Assembly (NCBI GenBank): GCA_024679565.1
Contig: JAIBDD010000003.1
Span: 42,773 to 106,772 of the forward strand
Origin: Bacteroidota bacterium
GTDB lineage: Bacteria > Bacteroidota > Bacteroidia > NS11-12g > UBA9320
DNA length: 64,000 nucleotides
Direction: 5' to 3'
The notes beneath the pieces were generated by a model. That model had not been told where the DNA came from. It did not search any database and worked only from the letters and a program-made list of their open reading frames with translations. Each line of letters opens with the position of its first letter. Position 1 is the stretch's first letter. Made by a program: the position numbers and the translations under genes. Positions 38,873 to 47,649 of this stretch are shown piece after piece.

Positions 38873-40027
38873 ATGATTCAAAGTGGTAAACATATCCTCA
38901 CTAGTCTATTTCTTCTACTAGCCAGTTTTAGTTACGGTCTCGACGTTGATTTTTACGGTCACGATTTGGCGTTTAACACACAGGTCATTTCTACCGTTAA
39001 AGCACCTTTCACTATCAATAAAAGAACTGTTCAAACAGCGATTACCTCAATTAAACCTGCTGACTTAACTTTAATTAAAAATCAGATTGAGGAGGCAAGT
39101 ATCCAATACAACTTAGATGGTCTTGGAACCGTGTTGTTAACGGATAAAATTGTTAAAAAGATAACTGGCTTAAAAAACACTCAAAGCATTTTAAAATATA
39201 GAATATTACAAACACTTAATTACGATGTACAGTTAACGTATACTAGAAACACCATTTCTTGTTTTGGTAGACTAGGCCAAAAACCCGCCGCATCGGTATA
39301 TATCATCTATAGAAATAAGCGATACACCAACCTCAACTTTAGTGATATGCGTACCTATGGAACACGTTACGTGATGAGTGACAACCGGTACGACCCAAGT
39401 GCTGTTGCTTTTGATTACTCTGGGGTTGCACCTGACATACATGCCAAGCAGTCTTTTTCACATTTAACTTGGTCGTTCCAAGGGAAAATGTACCATTTAA
39501 AAGCGCTCAAAAACTTGTCTTTCAGTGAATACTTAAGTGATTTACCGCAGTTTGACCTTGGCCCCGCCTATGTGAAGATGAGTCACTCAGAAGAATTTCA
39601 ACAATCGGTATTGTCGCCATTACAAGGCTACATCGACCAAATGCATTCGAATATACAAAAAGCCAATTTCCTATTAAAATTTGCACAGTCGGCATTTGAG
39701 TATAAAACCGATAACGATCAATTCGGTCACGAGAAATATAATTTCCCTGAAGAAACCGTTGGCAGTATTTTCTCAGACTGTGAAGATCGCACAATCCTTC
39801 TGGCTTTCTTGTACAAGAGGTTACTCGGCTTTGAGAGTGTCATGCTGCATTTCGAACAAGAGAAGCACGTATGTTTGGGTGTCAAAATTCCCAATCGATC
39901 CAATGCATACTCGTTTAAATATAAAAATGAGGCATTCATGGTTTGCGAACCTACAGGAATTGGATTCGATGTAGGCGAAACAGGAATAACACTCAAAAAT
40001 ATTACGGAGGTAATAGAATTATTCTAG
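38873..40027 (+). CDS. secreted protein with a C-terminal transglutaminase-like (papain-fold) module
   Basis: It has a signal peptide. The C-terminus carries SDCEDRTILLAFLYKRLLG...HVCLGV...VCEPTG, which mirrors the Cys-His-Asp/Glu arrangement of transglutaminase-like cores. Confidence 0.45.
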   Translation: MIQSGKHILTSLFLLLASFSYGLDVDFYGHDLAFNTQVISTVKAPFTINKRTVQTAITSIKPADLTLIKNQIEEASIQYNLDGLGTVLLTDKIVKKITGLKNTQSILKYRILQTLNYDVQLTYTRNTISCFGRLGQKPAASVYIIYRNKRYTNLNFSDMRTYGTRYVMSDNRYDPSAVAFDYSGVAPDIHAKQSFSHLTWSFQGKMYHLKALKNLSFSEYLSDLPQFDLGPAYVKMSHSEEFQQSVLSPLQGYIDQMHSNIQKANFLLKFAQSAFEYKTDNDQFGHEKYNFPEETVGSIFSDCEDRTILLAFLYKRLLGFESVMLHFEQEKHVCLGVKIPNRSNAYSFKYKNEAFMVCEPTGIGFDVGETGITLKNITEVIELF

Positions 40028-40028
40028 G

Positions 40029-40727
40029 CTATTTTTTGGGTCCTTTAGGTTGTAAAGGACGTACCTCAACATTCACTTGGTGAAAGTTGTCTGGTGTTAG
40101 GATACTATATATGATCATGTCTGCCACGTCTTGAGGCATCAACATATAATCATGCGTTTCGATGGCTGAGTTTCTAAAGAAATCTGTTTTTACTGAACCT
40201 GGATAAATACACGTCACCTTAATTCCAAAATCACGCATTTCTTTATACATCGATTGCGACATCCCTTTAACCGCGAACTTAGTGGCGCAATACCCAGATA
40301 CTTGAGGATATCCTTCAATGCCTGCCGTAGACGCAATGTTAATGATATGTCCACTTCCTTTGGACTTCATAATGGGCGTGGCAATTTTACACATGTAAAA
40401 GATGCCATTCACGTTGGTCTCCATCATTTCATGCCATTGTTCAATGGTATGATCCTCGAGATAGGCAAAGTACCCCAAACCTGCATTGTTTATTAAAACA
40501 TCCACTTGCTTGCCTATTGCATCAAACATTTTATTGTATGCAGCGTTCACCGAGTCGAAGCTTCTTACATCCGCCTCAAAAAAGTGAAAATTGGAATTCG
40601 CGACCTCAGGTTTGGTTCTTCCAAACCCAACTACTATGGCACCTTTCTCTAAAAGACCTTGCACAAGAGCATGTCCTATTCCTTTGCTTACGCCTGTAAT
40701 TACACAGACTTTATTTTCTACATTCAT
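40029..40727 (-). CDS. SDR-family oxidoreductase
   Basis: Motifs TGVSKGIG, NNAG and YCATK. Confidence 0.9.
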   Translation of the reverse strand: MNVENKVCVITGVSKGIGHALVQGLLEKGAIVVGFGRTKPEVANSNFHFFEADVRSFDSVNAAYNKMFDAIGKQVDVLINNAGLGYFAYLEDHTIEQWHEMMETNVNGIFYMCKIATPIMKSKGSGHIINIASTAGIEGYPQVSGYCATKFAVKGMSQSMYKEMRDFGIKVTCIYPGSVKTDFFRNSAIETHDYMLMPQDVADMIIYSILTPDNFHQVNVEVRPLQPKGPKK

Positions 40728-41968
40728 TTTCTTCTAAATCTTGCTACGCCCATTTTTATTCCAAGTTCTGTTCTAAATCCAGTGGCATCGTTGATTCTTG
40801 GATAATCAACTCCTCCTCTACCCTTAGATAGGGTTAGTATATTCGATAAATACGCCTCAAGCATAAATTTATGCTGCACAATTGTGGTGAAGCCTATGGT
40901 CATATCTAAATGATGTGGATCGTAATGTACCTTCTTTACGGTTTCCGTTTGATTGTCTTGTGTACCAACCGTTTGATTAAAGTAGGCTACACCGTGTTCG
41001 TAGGCATATCCAGCGGCGAAGTAAACTCCATTCCGATATCTGCTGGCATACGGATAATGCCTGTATTGCATACCTATAAGTAAAGAGTTAAAGCTATCGG
41101 CCTCTGTAATGTTCAATCCTTGAATTTTTAAATTTCGTACCCGAACGTAATTGCGCCATACATGTTTATCGTGGTTTCTATGAATCAAATTAACCTCAAT
41201 ACCTGAATTGATAATGGCATTTACATCGAGTAACAAGGCGTGATCTAACACCAGTGAATCGCGCAATCGTGGTTTACGTGGGAGCGATTGGTCAAAGCTA
41301 ATTTTTCCGATGCCAAAACCTAATTCCATCGTAAAGTATGCACTGTTCTTTTCTACGTGAAAAGGCCCTACTGCTGTGAACTCCATTTCAGCGTCACTAT
41401 CGATTTTATTGAACCCAACGCCCATATTCAAATCAACAACGCCTTGATTATACAACGTCCATTGCCTACCCATTACAAAGCTAAACCTGTTGTATCTGTA
41501 AGAATTGAACACAAAAGACTTCGGAAAAAATTGCCCTAAGCTGCTGTAGTATGTTTCCCGGACTAATCCTGTTTGGGCTGTTAACCCAGCATAATAACCA
41601 TGAAAGCTCTGTGAGTAGTTCCCGATATAGTTTTTGAACAGAAACTTTATGCTGTTTTCTGCATAATAATTTGGTGTGATTTCAACATTTATGCCTCCAC
41701 CGCCAGCATTTCCTGGTGCGTTGTAAAAGAACGGGTTGTACGTATATATACTGTTTAACTGAAATCCTATGTTGTACTTTTCATCCATATTGAGTTCAAC
41801 CATGGATTTCATCCCATTACGTAAATATTGAACAGGGTATTGATAATAGACACTCGAGAATTGTTGCGTTTTACGCACTTGTGCTTGCGCCTGTCCTGAA
41901 ACAGTTATGAGCTGTACCAAAACAAATAGAATACATATTCGATAAAAAAATTTAACGCTTCCGGTCAT
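40724..41968 (-). CDS. hypothetical outer-membrane protein
   Basis: It has a signal peptide and is rich in Tyr/Asn/Gly beta-strand-like sequence. ATGA overlap with the downstream SDR gene. Confidence 0.45.
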   Translation of the reverse strand: MTGSVKFFYRICILFVLVQLITVSGQAQAQVRKTQQFSSVYYQYPVQYLRNGMKSMVELNMDEKYNIGFQLNSIYTYNPFFYNAPGNAGGGGINVEITPNYYAENSIKFLFKNYIGNYSQSFHGYYAGLTAQTGLVRETYYSSLGQFFPKSFVFNSYRYNRFSFVMGRQWTLYNQGVVDLNMGVGFNKIDSDAEMEFTAVGPFHVEKNSAYFTMELGFGIGKISFDQSLPRKPRLRDSLVLDHALLLDVNAIINSGIEVNLIHRNHDKHVWRNYVRVRNLKIQGLNITEADSFNSLLIGMQYRHYPYASRYRNGVYFAAGYAYEHGVAYFNQTVGTQDNQTETVKKVHYDPHHLDMTIGFTTIVQHKFMLEAYLSNILTLSKGRGGVDYPRINDATGFRTELGIKMGVARFRRK

Positions 41969-41998
41969 ATGGTTTCAGGAAGTTCAAATATCGAATAA

Positions 41999-43786
41999 TC
42001 AGAACTTCATCGCCTGAATTATGAACTTATTTTTGTCATAAACATCGTTTCGATATTGCACCTTCCACTCTTCATCAAAGAAAATGGTGTTGTACAAAAA
42101 GAATACAGGAACTTGTTCATCCAATCGAATGAGTCGGGTATCGTCCAAAGGTTGTATATGGGCCGTAGTATCTTCAGGGTCATATTCTTTCAAACGCTCT
42201 TCATCTCTTGGTTCGTAACCCATGTGTATCCTAAAATCGTCGGCATCTAAGGTATCTATCTTCTGGGTAAGGAACTCCCCTACCAGTAATGGATTTTCTA
42301 CACGAACACATCCATGGCTCACTGCGCGACCAGACCATTTAAACTTCGACTTTTGGGGAGTATCATGCAGATAGATGCTATACTTATTAGGAAAAATGAA
42401 CTTCACTTTTCCCAATGCGTTTGCTTCACCCGACTTTTGGATAATTTCGAACGGTAATTTTCTTGGCGTATACAAGCGCCAATTGATCGTATCCGAACGG
42501 ACTTCTTTTTTCTTATAGAAAACACCATAACCTGCGTCAGCAAGATAGTGGCTGTCCGTCTTCATCTTCCACCACATCTCGCGGGTAATAATGCTTCTTG
42601 GCACATTCCAAGTTGGATTAACTACCATATATGCTACTTTGCTGTATATCTGTGGAGTTTCGTGATCAGCAGGCTTCAACGATTTTTTTTCAATCGATTT
42701 CTTAAGCCGAGCGTCATAATTGTGTGGCCGTGGCTTACCAATACACGTGGCCATTTTTTTTATGCTATCCTCATAATGTAAGGTCAGCTCAAAGGCGGGA
42801 AGGTTAACCGAAATGTATGGCCCCTCTTCAGGAAATTCGAACCAACGAATTCGTTCCAAATTTGCCGCAATTTGATCAATGCGGTCTTGCATCGACTCGT
42901 TTAACAGTCCAAATGTATTTCTTCCGTAGATCGCGTCATCGTATAAACCGTAGCGCTGCTGAAACCGTCTTGTATACTTCGCAAAACTTTTGTTATAGGT
43001 GCCGCTGTCGGCTTCCAACATTTCGGAGGCCGATATAACCTGTATTTGATTAAGCTTTTTAGCGATTAACGGTAGAAGATCAGAGGTATCTCCGGGTTCA
43101 AATTTTCTAATGCCTGTAGTATCTATGATATCCCACTTTTCTCCTGCATCAATCCGGGTAAGATAGCCTTTCAATAAATCTTGAAGATAAACGTATGCGG
43201 TGTCTTCAATGGTTGATTTAACAAAAACCTTATCGAAATCCATGAAATCCATGATATCGAAAAGTTCAAAATCATCAAATGTACGTCGTGGCAAATGATA
43301 GCTCCCTTTAAAAATACTATCTGGTTCTGTCCTTCCAAAAACACGGTCTTTATGCAACGACAGCATGTTATCAGAAACCAATAACTCCAAATGTGCCAAT
43401 TCGCCATAAAGAGAATTTATGTCTCCGGTTTTAAGTCGTGTTAAGATTACCTTAATGGAATCAAGCTTATAATACGCAGGTTTAAACCCTTCTTCTCTGC
43501 AAAGGAAAATACGATCAAGTACCAACTGCGCCATACTATCATCAACTAAATACATGGCCCAAACCGGTTTGTATTTGTGGTCTTGATAATAGTGTGTTAG
43601 TGTATCGGCAAATCGAAATCCGTTCATGTAGGTTGAATCCCCTACTTTAGATTTGATTACATCGATGAGCTCAGATTTTTGAAAATTACCGCGTTCTACA
43701 AGAGCGTTTAATTTGTCTTGATTGGGTTGCTTACAAGAAGTAACCACCAGCACAACTAAGGCTGCGATATAAATAATCGGTTTCAC
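41999..43786 (-). CDS. L,D-transpeptidase family protein (YcbB-like)
   Basis: YkuD catalytic motif SHGCVRVENP. The N-terminus carries a lipobox (VVTSC). It is 595 aa. Confidence 0.85.
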   Translation of the reverse strand: MKPIIYIAALVVLVVTSCKQPNQDKLNALVERGNFQKSELIDVIKSKVGDSTYMNGFRFADTLTHYYQDHKYKPVWAMYLVDDSMAQLVLDRIFLCREEGFKPAYYKLDSIKVILTRLKTGDINSLYGELAHLELLVSDNMLSLHKDRVFGRTEPDSIFKGSYHLPRRTFDDFELFDIMDFMDFDKVFVKSTIEDTAYVYLQDLLKGYLTRIDAGEKWDIIDTTGIRKFEPGDTSDLLPLIAKKLNQIQVISASEMLEADSGTYNKSFAKYTRRFQQRYGLYDDAIYGRNTFGLLNESMQDRIDQIAANLERIRWFEFPEEGPYISVNLPAFELTLHYEDSIKKMATCIGKPRPHNYDARLKKSIEKKSLKPADHETPQIYSKVAYMVVNPTWNVPRSIITREMWWKMKTDSHYLADAGYGVFYKKKEVRSDTINWRLYTPRKLPFEIIQKSGEANALGKVKFIFPNKYSIYLHDTPQKSKFKWSGRAVSHGCVRVENPLLVGEFLTQKIDTLDADDFRIHMGYEPRDEERLKEYDPEDTTAHIQPLDDTRLIRLDEQVPVFFLYNTIFFDEEWKVQYRNDVYDKNKFIIQAMKF

Positions 43787-43810
43787 AACATCAAAAATAA
43801 GATGTGTTAC

Positions 43811-44587
43811 TTATTCAACCAATGCGTTTAATAATTCGATTGGTATGAACTGTTTATTGTTTATGATTTTTGATTTTCCGTTGTAATACGTCTGAGGGTG
43901 ATACAGAAATAAGCAACTTCCCCCTTGAATCAGATCTACGATGTTTTTATTGACATCCTGTGCTACTGCAGGACAGCCAAAGCTTCTACCAACTGATTGC
44001 TGAGCTTCTGCAATTTCTTGGCTCACATAATGTGCCCCATGCATAACTATTCCACGGGCAAATGCATTGCTGTTAAATCCTGGCTCCAATCCTCGTAGTT
44101 TAAGCGAATAACGGTGTCGGCCATTATAAGGTTGACCTGTAACATAGAAGCCTAAAGAAGATTTTTTAGAATTAGATCGGTTTGAAAAAGAGCTAGCAAA
44201 CTTGTCGCCTGAGTATTTACCATGGGCAACCAACTCATTGAATACAATTTGTTTGCTGTTTAAATCAAACACCCATAGGCGTTTTTGACTACTTTGCTTC
44301 GAGAAGTCCAATACCGTTAAAAACTGGTTGTTAGCCAATTCGTTGGTATAACGCAAATACAAGTATCCTTTTAAAGCTTTGTTGAAAACGTCCTTACTCA
44401 GCTCACTCTCAACCAATCCAAACTGATTGTATAACGCGGTTGAAGTTTTGGTAAAGTCGATACCATCTGGAGAGACGGCTACTTCGTAATTAAAATCGTT
44501 TTTGCCTATGCCAGGTGCATGGAAAGACTGCAAGCCTATGAATAAAAAACTAAGTACAAAAATGAATAAAGTCCGCTTTGCCATCAA
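43811..44587 (-). CDS. murein L,D-transpeptidase catalytic-domain family protein (YkuD_2-like)
   Basis: Motif GIVMHGAHYV...GRSFGCPAV. It has a signal peptide. Confidence 0.78.
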   Translation of the reverse strand: MMAKRTLFIFVLSFLFIGLQSFHAPGIGKNDFNYEVAVSPDGIDFTKTSTALYNQFGLVESELSKDVFNKALKGYLYLRYTNELANNQFLTVLDFSKQSSQKRLWVFDLNSKQIVFNELVAHGKYSGDKFASSFSNRSNSKKSSLGFYVTGQPYNGRHRYSLKLRGLEPGFNSNAFARGIVMHGAHYVSQEIAEAQQSVGRSFGCPAVAQDVNKNIVDLIQGGSCLFLYHPQTYYNGKSKIINNKQFIPIELLNALVE

Positions 44588-44704
44588 GTCTGCAAAATTA
44601 ATAGAATGGCAGACAAATCAATACACATTTTTCTAGCCCCTGTTCACTCCTAAACACACACGGCACATAGCTTGTCCAACATTCTGATAATCAAACGAGT
44701 TGCA

Positions 44705-44733
44705 TAAAAAAAGCGTTGCCAGTTGGCAACGCT
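44705..44733 (-). terminator. rho-independent terminator of hppA
   Basis: Perfect 9-bp stem AGCGTTGCC/GGCAACGCT with a 4-nt loop. On the minus strand it is followed by T7. It lies 24 nt after the stop codon. Confidence 0.8.
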
Positions 44734-44756
44734 TTCGTTTCTACAGTAAGATTTTT

Positions 44757-47213
44757 TTAGTCTTCTGATTCGCCAGTTAAAGCTGGATCAGCGTCATATC
44801 CTTCTCCTTCAACCTTAATTTCTTCAGTTGAAGTCGAATCATTTTTACATTCTTTCTTGCATTCTTTAGCGTCTTTTCCTTCGCACTTTTCTTTGCAACA
44901 TTTCTTCTCACCATCTTTACATTTCTTTTCAGACTTGCAATGGTCTTTGTAATCTGCACAAGCCTTATCGTCTTTCTTACAGTGTGCTTTTTCCTCTTTG
45001 CAACATGCTGATTTTGCGTCGTCTTCGCCATGACCACCGGCCAATTGAGCCAAAACTGGAGCAATTACTAAACCAATTAAACATGTTAACTTTATTAAGA
45101 TGTTCATTGAAGGTCCAGAAGTATCTTTAAACGGATCCCCAACTGTATCACCAGTAACAGCAGCTTTATGCGCTTCAGAACCTTTGTACGTCATTTCACC
45201 ATCAATCATAACACCTGCTTCGAAAGACTTCTTAGCGTTGTCCCATGCACCACCAGCGTTATTCTGGAAGATTGCCCAAAGAACACCACTCACACATACA
45301 CCAGCCATATAACCACCAAGTACTTCAGCAGCTAAAATCCAATCACCAGAGATTAATCCAGTTAAGAATCCTACTAAGATTGGGGTTAAGATGGTAATAG
45401 CACCTGGCAATACCATTTCTTTCAATGCCGCTTTTGTAGAAATATCAACACATTTACCATATTCAGGAGTTCCTGTTCCTTCCATGATTCCTGGAATATC
45501 TCTAAACTGACGTCTAACTTCTTTCACCATTTCCATGGCTGCTTTACCAACAGACTTCATAGCCAATGCAGAGAAAACTACTGGAATCATTGCTCCAACA
45601 AATAAGGAAGCCAATACTGGCGCCTTAAAGATGTTGATACCATCAATACCTGTAAATGTTACATAGGCTGCAAACAAAGCAAGAGCAGTTAGTGCTGCAG
45701 ATGCAATCGCAAATCCTTTTCCGATGGCTGCTGTTGTATTACCAACTGAATCCAATACGTCTGTTCTTCCTCTTACCTCTTCAGGTAATTCACTCATTTC
45801 TGCAATACCACCTGCGTTATCCGCGATAGGCCCAAATGCATCAATAGCTAATTGCATAGCTGTTGTAGCCATCATGGCAGAAGCTGCGATAGCCACACCG
45901 TAGAATCCTGCAAACGCATATGACCCCCAAATAGCTGCAGCAAATAAAATGATTGGTGCAAATGTTGACATCATACCAGTTGACAAACCTGCGATTAAGT
46001 TAGTTCCAGCACCTGTACTTGAACTTGCGATAATCGATTGTACGGGTTTCTTGTCCATTCCAGTATAGTGCTCAGTGAAGTAAGAGATTAAACCTCCAAC
46101 AGCAAGACCAATTAATACCGAATAGAATATGTACATAGAAGAGAAGGTTTTTTGACCTTCATGGAAAAACTCCATTGTCAACGTTTCTGGTAACATCCAT
46201 CTAATAACAAAGAAACATGCAACACCTGTTAAGGCGATTGAAATCCAGTTTCCTTTATTTAGTGCACTTTGCACAACAGATTCTTTTGCGTCTGTTCCTG
46301 TAACTTTAATAAACATCGTTCCAACAATTGAGAATACGATGCCTAATCCAGCGATTAAAATAGGAAGTAGAATTGGTCCCATATTACCGAATGCATCAGT
46401 AAATGTTCCATTCCCCATATCCTTAATAAGATAATTACCTAAAACCATTGCCGCCAACATAGTAGCCACATATGATCCGAAAAGGTCAGCACCCATACCT
46501 GCAACATCACCAACATTATCTCCAACGTTATCAGCAATTGTAGCTGGGTTACGTGGGTCATCCTCAGGAATTCCTGCTTCAACTTTACCTACTAAATCAG
46601 CTCCAACGTCGGCTGCTTTCGTATAGATACCACCACCAACTCTTGCAAACAAAGCAATTGATTCTGCTCCTAATGAAAAACCAGCAAGGGTTTCCAATAC
46701 GATCATCATATTGTGGTAAGGAGTACCGTCTCCGCCCATAAACCATTTGGTTAATAGAACAAATAGAAGGCTTAAACCTAAGACAGCTAAACCAGCAACA
46801 CCAAGCCCCATAACTGTACCACCCGTAAATGATACTTTTAGAGCATGAGACAAACTCGTACGAGCCGCCTGAGTAGTTCTAACGTTTGCAGCTGTGGCAA
46901 TACGCATACCTATGTTTCCGGCAATTGCTGAAAATATCGCTCCTAAAACAAATGCAATTACAATAAACCAATGTGTTGATTCTACAATCGTTGACAAAAT
47001 GCCAAGTAGAATACCAGCTACAACAATAAAAATTGCTAATACACGATACTCTGCTTTAAGGAACGCCATCGCCCCTTCTTGGATGTGCTTCGCAATGCTT
47101 TGCATTTTTTCATTACCGGCATCCTGATTGTTTACCCATTTCGATTTGACGAACATTACCACTAGCCCGATTAATCCGAACACTGGCAATAGATAGATTA
47201 AATTCTCACTCAT
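44757..47213 (-). CDS. hppA: membrane-bound pyrophosphatase (K+-dependent type) with a Cys/Lys-rich C-terminal extension
   Basis: Motifs GGGIYTKAADVGADLVGKVE, DNVGDNVGD, GNTTAAIGKGFAI (Ala indicates the K+-dependent class) and DPFKDTSGPSMNILIKL. It is 818 aa. Confidence 0.95.
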   Translation of the reverse strand: MSENLIYLLPVFGLIGLVVMFVKSKWVNNQDAGNEKMQSIAKHIQEGAMAFLKAEYRVLAIFIVVAGILLGILSTIVESTHWFIVIAFVLGAIFSAIAGNIGMRIATAANVRTTQAARTSLSHALKVSFTGGTVMGLGVAGLAVLGLSLLFVLLTKWFMGGDGTPYHNMMIVLETLAGFSLGAESIALFARVGGGIYTKAADVGADLVGKVEAGIPEDDPRNPATIADNVGDNVGDVAGMGADLFGSYVATMLAAMVLGNYLIKDMGNGTFTDAFGNMGPILLPILIAGLGIVFSIVGTMFIKVTGTDAKESVVQSALNKGNWISIALTGVACFFVIRWMLPETLTMEFFHEGQKTFSSMYIFYSVLIGLAVGGLISYFTEHYTGMDKKPVQSIIASSSTGAGTNLIAGLSTGMMSTFAPIILFAAAIWGSYAFAGFYGVAIAASAMMATTAMQLAIDAFGPIADNAGGIAEMSELPEEVRGRTDVLDSVGNTTAAIGKGFAIASAALTALALFAAYVTFTGIDGINIFKAPVLASLFVGAMIPVVFSALAMKSVGKAAMEMVKEVRRQFRDIPGIMEGTGTPEYGKCVDISTKAALKEMVLPGAITILTPILVGFLTGLISGDWILAAEVLGGYMAGVCVSGVLWAIFQNNAGGAWDNAKKSFEAGVMIDGEMTYKGSEAHKAAVTGDTVGDPFKDTSGPSMNILIKLTCLIGLVIAPVLAQLAGGHGEDDAKSACCKEEKAHCKKDDKACADYKDHCKSEKKCKDGEKKCCKEKCEGKDAKECKKECKNDSTSTEEIKVEGEGYDADPALTGESED

Positions 47214-47238
47214 CTCTTTATCTGATTTTTAAAGGCGG

Positions 47239-47246
47239 CAAAAATA
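47239..47246 (-). promoter_or_regulatory. candidate -7 box (TATTTTTG on the minus strand) for hppA
   Basis: It matches TAnnTTTG and lies 25 nt upstream of the hppA ATG. Confidence 0.35.
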
Positions 47247-47649
47247 CAATTTTTTCATCGAGGTAATAGTAGTGTGTATTATTTTAAGGAATAATCTGTA
47301 GCGTCTTAGCCCAAAGCCGTGTTCATCGCGCTTATTCTTTATAATGAAAGACGAATTCCCTGCCTTCATCCCCAGTATTTTTCAGTGCCTTTGGTAGCAA
47401 CATATATACAGTTATCCTTCAAACAGAAATGGGCACCGATATATTGAAGTTGTCGAAGATGTAAAACTCAAGATTACATCAAACCCAATAAGCGGTTACA
47501 TTAAATAAGGCACCTGACAATCTGCGCTTTTGGCTGAAATAGGTTGATTGATGCACAAACAAGTCCGTAAAGAATCATCTTTACAAATTGTGTATTGTGC
47601 AAGAATCAAAACGTTTATCTTCGCAATTCACGCCCTTTAATCATACTTA

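Noticed and set aside
44777-45064. A 95-aa minus-strand ORF in an alternative frame over the hppA tail.
   Set aside because: It is a low-complexity Lys/Arg-rich translation caused by the AAG/AAA-rich tail codons. The hppA frame is continuous from conserved motifs into the tail and ends just before a strong terminator.
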